Assembly: GCA_000708835.1 (NCBI GenBank)
Contig: DF237027.1
Coordinates: forward strand, 62,001-126,000
Length of the DNA stretch: 64,000 bases
Reading direction: 5' to 3'
Source: Klebsormidium nitens
Taxonomy: Eukaryota > Plantae > Klebsormidiophyceae
Numbering within the stretch: the stretch's first letter is position 1; each line of letters begins with the position of its first letter. Positions 50,461-61,400 of this stretch are shown here, in pieces. Position numbers and translations under genes: made by a program. Below the pieces are notes generated by a model that ran no database searches, was not told the DNA's origin, and saw only the letters and a list, made by a program, of their open reading frames with translations.

Positions 50461-51990
50461 TCATTCCGATCGGCTCACTGACAGGAGAGCCCCAAAGGGG
50501 TCCCAAGGGCCTTCCACGTGTCCCTGCGCGTTCCACTCGCCCCATTCGCCAGTCTCTGTAAGCTGCCACGTGTCCTTCGGCGGTTCCGCCAGCGCATCTG
50601 GCGGAAACCGGCCGACGAGCGGAACGAAGAGAGGGCCCTGAACCGGTTCTACCCAACCGTTCGGAGTGACCGCCAAACCGGACGATCGCGTCGTCCCCGT
50701 ATAAGGGGACGGCGACTCGCCACCAAACCGGGTTTCCGGCCCAGTAACCCGCTCACGTAACCCGCTTTTGATCCCCCCAACCGCTCCCCACTTCTCGGGG
50801 CAAGCCGGCTCCGGGGCATAGGACTGGGTTCCGTTGAGAGAGGGCTGTCCGGTGGAAGAGTAGTTCTCCCCGGTCGACGGGCTTAACACGGTTGGTTCTG
50901 AACCGGTTAGGGTTCTGAAATAATCCAAAGCGGCCCTCATCTGCCCCTGCCGCTCCAGAATCTTCGCGACCTGCCCCGGGGAAAGCTCTACCGGGCATCG
51001 ACCGGAGTCCGCCGTTCCGGCGAGCTGCGCTTCCTGCGCGTCGACAAGCGCGTGCATGTGGTCGGTCAAGAGTGCGGTTATTGACGAGGTCAGGTCGTCA
51101 AGCCCACCGTCCGGGTCATCAGCCCCGTGGTTAGGAGTGTTAACCCCAGCATTAGGACCATTGACCGCCGCGTTCAGTTCATCAAACCCACGGTGTGACT
51201 CGTTAACCCCGTCCTTTGGCAGGGGGTAGATTTCGCGGTAACCCGGTTTGCAAGGCGCCTCAGCCCCGCTAACTGCGGCGTTCGTACCGGAGCGTTCCTC
51301 CAGAACCGGGTACTCGCTTCCCGTACCGAACTGCAGCTCGACTGGCCAACTTGCACTAACCGGGGCATCCCTTCTCAAGCAAAGCTCGCTACGATCAAAA
51401 CGGCCTGACGGTGCCCTCCGATCACCAAGCACCCCGGTGGTTTCTACCGGGCTTTTCTCGTCGCTTATATCCTGCAAACGCCAGGCTTCGGCGCCATTCC
51501 GCCGTTCCGGCATTCCGTTCCATGGCGTATCCGCGGCGACAGGAAAGCGCGGGGATCCGCCCCGGCGTCGCCGAAAACCTGAAGGCTTCGTCAGCGGCCC
51601 GCACTCCGGCGCATCGGCGGGGAACGGGGTTTCGCTCTGGGGGGGTGGATCGCCGGGCCAAACCGGACCCCCGCGGCGGCGTTTTGAGCAGGGTTCCTCC
51701 GTTTGAAGTTCCGCTGACTCGTGGGATGAGAGTCGTCCGCCGGGAGAAGAATTTGCCGACCGGAACGGCTCTTGCTCGTCCACATCTGGCGGCCGGAACC
51801 TCCCGCCCGATCGTTTAGCCGACGCGCTGGACACTTCCCCAGAACTCTGCCTCGCCCCGGCGACTCTCTTCCCGACTGTCCCCCCTGAAACAGTCGGCTT
51901 CCAAGTTCCATACAGCGGGAGAGTCACGGTACGTACCGCCAAGTTTATGGACGCTCTTGAGGGATTGTTTTGTTGTTTTCCGCTCTTCAT
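50461..51990 (-). CDS. Large low-complexity ORF (509 aa), probably the terminal exon of the upstream minus-strand gene
   Basis: A stop-free 1.5-kb frame preceded by a candidate acceptor (ggaacgcag|AGGATGAAG). It is G/P/S/R-rich with one helical patch (LDDLTSSITALLTDHMHALVDAQEAQLAG). I recognise no family. Confidence 0.55.
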   Translation of the reverse strand: MKSGKQQNNPSRASINLAVRTVTLPLYGTWKPTVSGGTVGKRVAGARQSSGEVSSASAKRSGGRFRPPDVDEQEPFRSANSSPGGRLSSHESAELQTEEPCSKRRRGGPVWPGDPPPQSETPFPADAPECGPLTKPSGFRRRRGGSPRFPVAADTPWNGMPERRNGAEAWRLQDISDEKSPVETTGVLGDRRAPSGRFDRSELCLRRDAPVSASWPVELQFGTGSEYPVLEERSGTNAAVSGAEAPCKPGYREIYPLPKDGVNESHRGFDELNAAVNGPNAGVNTPNHGADDPDGGLDDLTSSITALLTDHMHALVDAQEAQLAGTADSGRCPVELSPGQVAKILERQGQMRAALDYFRTLTGSEPTVLSPSTGENYSSTGQPSLNGTQSYAPEPACPEKWGAVGGIKSGLRERVTGPETRFGGESPSPYTGTTRSSGLAVTPNGWVEPVQGPLFVPLVGRFPPDALAEPPKDTWQLTETGEWGEWNAQGHVEGPWDPFGALLSVSRSE

Positions 51991-54818
51991 CCTCTGCGTT
52001 CCTCCAAGGAGCCCAGATCGGACGTTGAGGTCTAATCCACCATTCTGGCGGGATCCGTTCCGGTTCAGCCGCTGCGTCCCTTTCGGCGGAGATCAGAGAC
52101 TACGGTCGAGTTGTGCCGCACTGTGGGTCTTCTGACGAAAGAAAAAAGAGGAACGTCAGACTCGAAATTTTCTGGCTCAATGTCCGGTGAGGAAGAGCTT
52201 ACAGATATCATCAAGTGCGTCTTTTGAGCAATGACGTCTTTTGCGGAGACGCTTCGATTCACCAGGAAGAGAAAAGAAAGGATTCACTTGCTCACAAACC
52301 AGATCCGAATTGCTCGAGGGCCTTTTCGTAAATTCCACTTTCGCAAACTTTAGATGTCGGCACGTAGACAACTGTGAACTGCTCCCGATTCGTCCTGGAT
52401 ATCTTTTGAGCCATCTGTCGGCATCCAATCTGTGGCGTCATCAGGGAAGGCCAAAAGTGACGTCTTACCGCAGGCTGCTTTAGACCAATCTCGGCGGACC
52501 TTACCCCCGTCCTCGCACCGACCCTCTCTCTTCCAAGCGAATCCGCGGACGAACGCGAGAGCGACCACCTGCACTTGAGAGCGACTGGTTGGTCGCCCCG
52601 CCCTTGATCATGACCGGCACATCGTGGTAGGAGCTGCGAGGTGTGCACTATAACTCAAGGCCGATCGTAGTACAACCAGTTCCGTGACGAAGTCCCCTTT
52701 TGACGATCATAGGCGCTCCAAACTTCGACGCCGTTCTGGGAATCAGTATCGAGTGAAAAGTCTCCTCTTTCAGATCACCTGCGGACTACATCCTCCCTGC
52801 CTACACTGAACATGGGTCCTAAATTCGGGTCCTGATTTGTAGCGGAAACAGGAGGGAGCAGGGCATTGCTCAAAAAGGCGACCGTCTGGCTCCAAATCCG
52901 CTCAGTAAGACAGTGATGATCGCGAGAAGAAGTGAACAGCTGATATCTCGTGCACCAAAAAGGGGTTTTTAGATCATCCAGAAGTAAAGATACTTGGGCT
53001 GGCACCTCCATAACCTCGAAGTCTGACATTCGAGAAGCACAGAAGGTTACAGTACTGAAACAAAAGCCCTGGAGCATCTGAATTTTGCTTCCCCTGCGTT
53101 GAGCATTCACTGAAGGCGTCAGATGATAGCCTCGACTCTGCTTCATGCTAGGACAGTAACAAATGTGGATGCAGAAGCTGAATCTTAATCTTTGCTTAAG
53201 CACAAACAACTATTGAATTCATAATGGCTTCCATAGTTCGAGTGTCCTTGAAAGTAAACTCATAACAGTGGGAAGCTCCTCACGAGATCGTGTGTTCACT
53301 GCTTTTCGTTCTAAAAAAATCCTTGCAAGAAATTGCATCCCGCATAACGCAAGGTGTTCAGCGACAGGATGTTTGACGGGAGGAACGTTTCACCGTCCGG
53401 ACTAACTGGAGGGAAAATGAAAGCGACCTAAGGGGGAGGCTCGAAGGAGGAGCAATGTGCTCTATGTTTGGCGTTTTCCCTATTTTAAGGTTGGGGAACC
53501 TTAAAGAGTTCACGACCCATCTTGCAGTTGTGAAATAAGCCTGTGTGCAGGCTAACAAGACTTTTCGTTTTCCTGATAGGAGGATACTTTTGCCATATGA
53601 AGGTACGTACAAATCGGGTCTCTTACCAATCTGCTTTTGATTCTGGAGTCCCTCTCTGTACCATAAGCAAAAGCGTCCGACTCCTGTCACCAAGGCCAAC
53701 AAGGCCCCCGATTGCTGACGTCAGCGTCCTCACAGCTCCTGCAGGCAGATGGGTTCCGAAAATAGTCACAAGTTGGTTACAAGGTCCAGCAGTAAGATAA
53801 TGGGGTGGGAGAGAATTGTGCAGGTCAGCAATGCTTTCCGGATTCAGGTACGCAACCTCTCAATCCTAACTTAGGGGAGGATCTGTTCGCATATGTGTCT
53901 TCATATGGACTTCTGTCAGACTCTCAGCTTAGTCATCCAGCCGACAGAATTATTTGGGCGCCTAGGTAAAACGACAAGCAGTGTGACTGCACAGCTGGAC
54001 AAGGGAGGTGCTCAAACGCTGTCGAGTGCAAGCGGTTCATGACTCAGTCAAAGGCTTACAAGTTCCAAATTTCAGAAGGGCAAATTCAGATTCATGCTGG
54101 AGGTTTTCCTTTTCAGCTCATAACAGCAAGCAGTATACATGCTCAAAATTGCTTCAGAAAATGAACACCGCATGCTTATGCTACTGCAGTGGCTTTGACA
54201 GCACAGCAAGAGAGCTGCTTATGCCCAGACAGGAACTGGGGACTCTGCTGCTTATGGCACGTGCTTATGAGTCAAGCCAGACGTCTGCAGATCCTGATAG
54301 CTGGCAAGAGACTTTATAAGCAGGAATGCTTATGTTTCGAGGGGGGCCAGCTTCTGGCACGTTCACACGACTTGCGCCACGAGCTCAGCAACTGAGCGGG
54401 GAGCCGTCTGTAAAACATGCTTCTTTTGGGGCTTATGAAATGGGCGGACTGCTTATGATCGTGAAACTGCCAAAGGCTGACAGCTGGCAGCTAATGTCTG
54501 CCTAAGATTCGTCTCCATCCCCCTGTGCGTAAACATGTGCGCTGGAGCTACTGACTTTGTTGGCCAATTCTGAGTCTTCTTCTTCATATGTTGTTGGAGA
54601 GGATAAAGAAGATACGGAAGAGCAGGTCCTGACACAGCTGTTCAGACTCGTCGATTTTGAGTGCATTATGAAGTTTTCAACTTCAGAATAAAACTTCTAG
54701 AGTCAGCTGTACTTTGATAGCAGAGAAGGGTGCTGAGCTTGATTGCCTCTTCGAAAGAGAATGGGATTGTGACTAGCTGAAATGCTGAGAATAAATTCTA
54801 ACTGCCACTGGCGCTTAC

Positions 54819-56583
54819 CTGGAAGTCTGGAAACCCTCTGTGGTCAAGCCAAGGGAAGTCCTGATAAAGCCCCAGTCCTTTTCTGCAAATAGTCGAAACA
54901 ACATTGTGAGAGATCAAGATCAGGGGGTTACCCCTTCCAATGCAACTGGGAGCTTTCTTAATTTGAACAAATGTCCGAAGGTGCTTGTCTGGGCAACACA
55001 GTACTGTCCGTGAGCCTTTCAATTGAAATGCAAAACCCTGTCCTTCTTTGCGACGGGCAGGAAGCCAACTTTGAAGGGAGCTGCTCTAACTCTTGGGAAC
55101 TGTAAGAGCAACAGGTGCTAGCAAGTTCGCGCTTTCTTCAGACTGAGCTTTGGCAGCAGGCAACTCAGAGAGAGGCTTATTAAAGCCATATCCTGTTTCT
55201 TTGTCTTGCTTATGCCCAGTGTTCAGATAAGCAATGCTGACGACCATGATGACGCTTGAAGGAGCTCAAGGGGCATGCCTCACAGACCAGCCCATCGCCT
55301 CTGTTGCAACAGTTTGAGGGACAAACACACAGTCTGAAAAAACAAAATCTGCCTCCTATTTCAAGGGATTGAGAATTGAGTACTACTGACTCTTGAAAAC
55401 AGCCGAAGTTTATGGCTTTCCAGAAACTGACAAGTGTTCGCTCAATTGGCTGCAAAGACAACCATTGAATCTGACCTTCAAAGAAGGTGACAAGGCCCTA
55501 CTTGAGCCTGGCCCACCTCCGGTCATAAGCTATGAGATATGCGCCCCAAGTCCTTGGACGTGGAACGTAAGAGGAGCTGGGGCATGAGGATTAACTACAG
55601 CAGCAATCATCGAAACCTCATGCGAGAGGTTTCTGCTTTGGAACATCAAAGAGACCTCAGTCTAGACCGCTCTGAGTTGATGAAAGATCGTAAATTCTTA
55701 TACGGAGACCCTTCTTTAGCTCCTGCAGTATCCCTCACAAAGTGGCCCGCGGATTTTCAGACAAGTCCTGAGCGACCACTGGCACCGCGTCGGGCAAGAA
55801 TTCAAAATTCTATATTTCTTGCAACCGGTCCGCACAGTTGTGATAGCACTCACCTCAAAGTCCCGTGTGCAGCGGGCCCTGTGATGGTGACTGTAGTGTG
55901 GGCAAAAGTCTGGAGAGTGAGGAAGGAAAGCACAGTGCCGTGAATCACACCAGAAATCGGAGACTACAGGCCTGTTTCACTGGAACTGGCTGACAATCGG
56001 TTGGAAGAACTCTCTGAGCAGGGCTGTTCACTCTGCGGCACGGTCTTGCGCCGCTCTCAGCTTTGCAACGAATCTTAGCTATAGTTCACAGAAAAGTCAG
56101 CAGAATATTGCTGCCATCCGACTCGCGGTCTCTCCTCGAAATGCTCACTCCTTTGGACTTCCAACGCCTATAATTATAGCTCCCATTGGCTTCGCAATGG
56201 TCCTGTCAAGATTTGCGTGCGGGCAGCAGACACATCTCCCAGTCCCCCCTCAGTCTCTCCCAAGATTCCGACTGCAGCGAAATTCGCCGCTCAATTCTGG
56301 CGCACCAAAAAAGTGAAGCTTGCGTCTCTTTGGTGCTCATGTTTTTGCGGCGGAACGATTCTCTCGTCGACTCGCTTGCAAACTTCCCTGATCAACGTTG
56401 CGCCGCATTGCGCAAGCGGAAGCTGCCGTGAGAATCCTGCAATCGCCATGACCATTTGGGTTCACATCAACGGGCATGTCAGAGGCCTGAGAGCTGAATC
56501 CTGAATAGTGCTGACGCGATGGTGTGATGGTGGCTCTTCCCGAATGCTGACGTACTGTGCTCGCCAAGATAGTAAAGTCCCAT
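54819..56583 (-). CDS. 5' exons of an unidentified multi-exon gene (probably continuing to 50461)
   Basis: Five consecutive GT-AG exons join in frame: 56583-56556, 56436-56306, 55909-55854, 55576-55517, 54882-54819. They give MGLYYLGEHRFSRQLPLAQCGATLIREVCKRVDERIVPPQKHEHQRDASFTFLTFAHTTVTITGPAAHGTLSSSYVPRPRTWGAYLIAYDRRKGLGLYQDFPWLDHRGFPDFQ. Further candidate exons at 52.2-54.6 kb are unresolved. Confidence 0.6.
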
Positions 56584-57205
56584 TGGTTCCGTACAGCCAG
56601 AACTGATTGCGCTCGCCGCTCAGTCCCATGGTCTCCGGAGTCCGGGCCCCGTCCGCGTACCTATCTCGGAGTGCATATACCATTGCCTTAGGTATGGCCG
56701 GGACTTGACCGGGCAGTTGCCAGTGTTCGACACGAGCCGTCACACCAGGCAAACGTCAGCCGACGTCGAAATGCCACGGATCGATCGATCCGGCCGACTC
56801 AATCGAGGGGCGTTGGCCAAAAAGCTATAACCGACAGAAATCAAGGTGTTTTGGGGGTGTTGGCTGACACATGCCGACCGGTTCAAAGGTCCAGCCGACT
56901 GACCAGAGAACAATCGGCCTGGCCGGCCAATAAGTCACAAAGTTAAATGGGGTCCGTGTCGATTTAACGTAGCACGCTGCAAACGGGACGCCGCCCCGGT
57001 GCCTCGACTGGAGGCTTGGACCGGGCGGGGCTGGTACGTCCAATTACGGTCATCAGTGACTCCCGTGACCTGTCCGCAGTGCGCATGGCGCACGGGCCGC
57101 AAACCTGTACGGTTGATCCGGAAATTCCGCAATTCGCACTGCACATTGCGCAGTGCGCACCGCAGCACAGTGTGCACACTTCACCTGGTTTGTCGGCCAA
57201 GCACG

Positions 57206-58206
57206 GTACATACTACCGTACTGTTTAATACCTACGGTACCGTACAGACTACAGATACCGGTGTACAGAAAGCAAATTAATTCGCAATGGACCAACTTTG
57301 AGGCAAGCTTGTGAACTTTGAAGTTACAATTTGCGCTGTATTATTAGACGGTACAGCAGCATAGGTATGTCAATGATCAGCTAGGAAGTAATGATTGCAC
57401 GACGTGTGCGCGCAATTTTTATACTGGTAACTCTGGTGTGCACTACCGTATTACCTAGGCACACTGCAATTAGGGCACACTTGAGTTACCACACAACATT
57501 TTTTGAGATTTATCAGATTGCAACTGGGCAGTGGGTACCGGTACGGTCAAATGGGTGTACCTTTCAAATGTGGGAGGTTAAAGGCTCATTGCCCGGGGCA
57601 AGGGTTGGGGTTGGTTTGGTGGTTAGGGTGGTTAGGGGTGCGGAGCGTGTACCGGGAGGTACTAGGTATTCTGGTTAAGGTTGAGTTTCCCAGGGTTTTC
57701 GAAATTTGGAAGTCAAGCTCCTGGGACACAAGGGAGTACGGTAGTTCCGAGATACCGCGCGGCGCGCAGTATCCAGGGAAAGTATCGGCCTACGTGTTCA
57801 AGATGGAAACGTTCATTGGCTGCGCGAAGATTTGCCTGTGGTTTCTCGCTCTCTGATTTGCTCAAAATTTGCTTACTGCAGTGGCCGCAGTATATTTAGG
57901 ACGAAGGTGAACCGTAGATTTATAGCAGCCTGCCTGAGCGTCCGATAAGCTTTGTATAGGCTGTATAGAGTATCGACGGGAGAAAATCGCACACGACAGA
58001 AAGAGTGGCAGAGGTAGGCTGGTATGGGACCCTATGGGTTCAATTGGCAGTTGCCGGTGCGCAGAAGTCGTAGACGGTATGGTAGAACCGTAGAAGGCTA
58101 GGTAGGTACCGTACCTCAGTAACCTGCCCTGTGCAGCGTGCTGGACTCTAGAGTCTAAACCCACCTACACCTAAGTTACCGTACCGTACTTGTCTGAGGT
58201 ACGTAC
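57206..58206. promoter_or_regulatory. GTAC-rich divergent intergenic/promoter region
   Basis: I counted 18 GTAC tetramers by hand in about 1.0 kb, against about 4 expected at uniform base composition. About half lie in a CGTAC/GTACG context. The region lies between the unknown gene's ATG (56583) and the METE ATG (58430). Confidence 0.4.
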
Positions 58207-58429
58207 CGAGTATGGCAAGGTGCGCTGTGGATTCCAGTGGAAGCAAGGAATCTCACTGTCAGTCTGGATCAAGGATTCTAGATCTCTTCCTCAAGTTCAA
58301 TTTTAAGAACTGGAAGAAGCAATTGCAATCGTCGTTTGCCGCCACCTGCCCTCCATTTTCGCATTCAATCTATTACCGTTGCGCCCCTTTCTGCTTTTCT
58401 GCCTTCGTACAACGGTCTATTGCAACAAA

Positions 58430-61400
58430 ATGGCTCCCGCTTCCCACATTGTCGGTTACAGCCGGATCGGCGCTAAGCGCGAGCTGAAATTCGCACAGGA
58501 GGCGTACTGGAACAAGAAGACCAGCGCCGCAGATCTGGAGAAGACTGGGAAGGAGCTCAGGCTTGCTCTGTGGAAACAGCTGAAGGATCAGGGGTTGGAT
58601 CTGATCCCCAGCAACACCTTCACCTTCTACGATCATGTGTTGGATGTCACATGCATGGTCGGTGCTTTGCCAGAGCGTTATGGCTGGACCAACGGCGAGG
58701 TGGATCTGGATACATTCTTTGCCATGGCGAGAGGGAATGCGCAGCAGCCAGCGATGGAGATGACGAAGTGGTTCGATACAAACTAGTAAGGGGTTTATCA
58801 AAAAAATTGGCTTCGTGGAGTTGGATTCATTCTGAAGTTTCTTGTGTGTGAGGATGTATCCTGGAAGAATGCTATCAATGCTCTGTTAGGATGCTCTGTT
58901 GTCACAGGTACTGGCCTGATCTTGAGATTGGAAAAGGTTTATGCTAGCAGCCGCTGGGTTCCTTGTTTTGGTTTCTGGATTATTGTGTAGGTTTTGGCAG
59001 AATGCAAGGCAGCCAATACATCACCATGCGTGGAAACCCTGCAATATCCAACTCTCTGCAGCCACTACATTGTGCCGGAGCTGGCTCCTACCACCAAGTT
59101 TGCACTCTCCTCCACCAAAGCCATCAGGGAGTACCTTGAGGCCAGGGAGATCGGCATTGACACCCTCCCCGTTCTAGTCGGGCCCGTCACCTACCTGCTG
59201 CTGTCCAAGGCGTCCAAGGACGCACCAAAGGCGTTTGACCGCCTGTCTTTGCTGCCGGCCCTTCTCAAGGTCTATCAGTGAGTGGACATTCTTAGACCAC
59301 CTGGTGTTAATTGGTCGGACTGAAGTGTCGCTTCGCATTCTAGGGAGTCGTCCCGACTGCTACTCTTTTGTTTCAAGTTTTCTGTCAATCTGAGAAGTGA
59401 GGCGGTTGTGTGTCGCTTGGGTTTTATGTTTGGCCTGACGTCATATCATTGTCAGCTGTTCATGGCAGCTTGGTACACTTCCGAGCTACTATTTTCCATT
59501 GAACTTTCAGCTTCTTGCGTCAATGTGAGCCATGTGGTTGCTGCTGAGACTGAGATTAAACCATACTCCTGCGGAAAGCATTACGGCTTGTAGCTCAGTG
59601 GAAGAGCGCTTGGCCCCTCGTGGGGCCCAGAGGTCTTGGGTTCAAACCCCAACCTGCCCCAGATCTGCTTTTCCAAGGGTTTATGGATTGGTCAAAGGTT
59701 AACGAAAGTTGTTGTTCTGGTCTGGCCGTCAGTTTGCAGTTTCTTGTGAGCTGCCTTGGGTTCAAACCCCATACTGATAGGTCTCATCGGTGCATGTCGT
59801 TCATTTTGCACAACATCTCTGCTCAGCAGCCTGCAGCAGTCTCCTGACTTGCTGCCTTGGGATCAAACCCCATACTACTGATGCATTGGTCTCGCATTGC
59901 TTCTTGTTGTGACCCAATTGCAGCAGGTCTCATTGTCATGCTTGTTGCAGCAGTAATGGTTGCCGTAGTGGAGTGCACCACAATCCCATCTCCTTGGTAT
60001 CTTCCGCACTTCTTCTCATGTGGATCTCTATGCAAGTTAAAATTAGTGAATCCTGTGCCTGAGTGCATTTTCTATGCACATTGCTCTCCATCAGCACTCG
60101 CCTTACTCGCTGCCATTGGGATACGACCCAACTGACTGTGTGGGCCTGCCTTTTTGTACAATCGGATGGGTGCGTACGCGCAAATTTCATTACAGAATCC
60201 GCTAATGGCATTGTCCTCTTTGATGAGCAGAGAATGGATAAAGGATGGTAGTAGCCTCCAAAACCCAGAGCTCATCTCTGGCAAATGCAGATCTGATGTT
60301 TCCATGCTTCTTGCTGTGCATTGGTGATTGGATTGTTGCCTGCAGGAAGCAGCACCTTCTGGGTTCAAACCCCAGCATTCCCTTCACCATTTCACAGTCT
60401 CGTGCCAGTCACCTTTCTGTAAAAGCAATCGCTGTTGCACCTGATTGTGGTCTTGTCTGACAAGATCGCTATTTCCAAGCTGCAGACCCCCTGCAAATCC
60501 ACATCCTGGAATGCCGAGTTTCTGCCTCTGTTGTCCTTCCACAGCAAGTGACGTGTAGCTCAGAGGAAGAGTGCATGGCCCATTGTCAGGCCATGAGGTC
60601 TTGGGTTCGAACCCCAACCTGTCCGAAAAGCTCGTGGAAGGTTCAACAAAAGGCACATGTGGGAGAGATTTGTCTTCTTACTATTCAGTTCTCCTGCTTT
60701 CAAGTAGGTCTTGTTTGGGACAAGCTCCAGGAATGCTCTTTGAACACACTGTTGGGAAGTCTGCCTCTTGATGCTATTGCGCTGTGCTTACTCTTGGTTG
60801 AAAATATTCAAAATCAGGGCTTTTATTGTGCACTGACTGTTCTGCTGATCTGCTGTGTGTGAGTCTGGCTATCCAGTCTCCTTGGGTTCAAACCCCTGCA
60901 TAGCAATGAACCTCATCCAAAACACTGCCAGAACGGCTCGGTTTCCTGGAGTTGAACCTGATCTACTCAGTTCCTTCCTGCTCTCAAGTCTCACCGTCCC
61001 CCTCTTTGCGGATCTGCCGCCATCCCTGGTAACGGTTGCCTGACCATACCAAGTTGCTCTCTCATAACGCAGTAGACTTCTGAGTTTCTCTGCCCCTGTT
61101 CTCCTTCTAGTAGCAATCGATGCGTAGCTCAGAGGAAGAGTTTGTGGCCCCTGGTCAGGTCATGAGGTCTCGGGTTCGAACCCAACCTGATTGAAAAGCT
61201 GCTGGAAGGAAGTGACATAAAAGGGACACTTTGCGATGCATTGTAGTTTCTTTAGCCAATTTCTATCTGTGTAAGCTGGTGGTTCACCTATTTCCCCTTT
61301 TCTCGTATCATGCCATTCTTTTGCTTGTGTACAATCTTCTGCTGGACAGATCATTGTCACTGCTCTGCAGTTGGTCTGGAGATCACTGCCTTTGTAATCA

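Noticed and set aside
52200-53100. PHS1/REC114 identity for the unknown minus-strand gene
   Set aside because: Only a faint 'FST' resemblance in an uncertain frame, and the other PHS1 motifs I recall were not found.
59584-59659. Canonical tRNA gene
   Set aside because: Only 4 of 7 acceptor-stem pairs form and the anticodon arm is 22 nt with no 7-nt loop; treated as tRNA-like.
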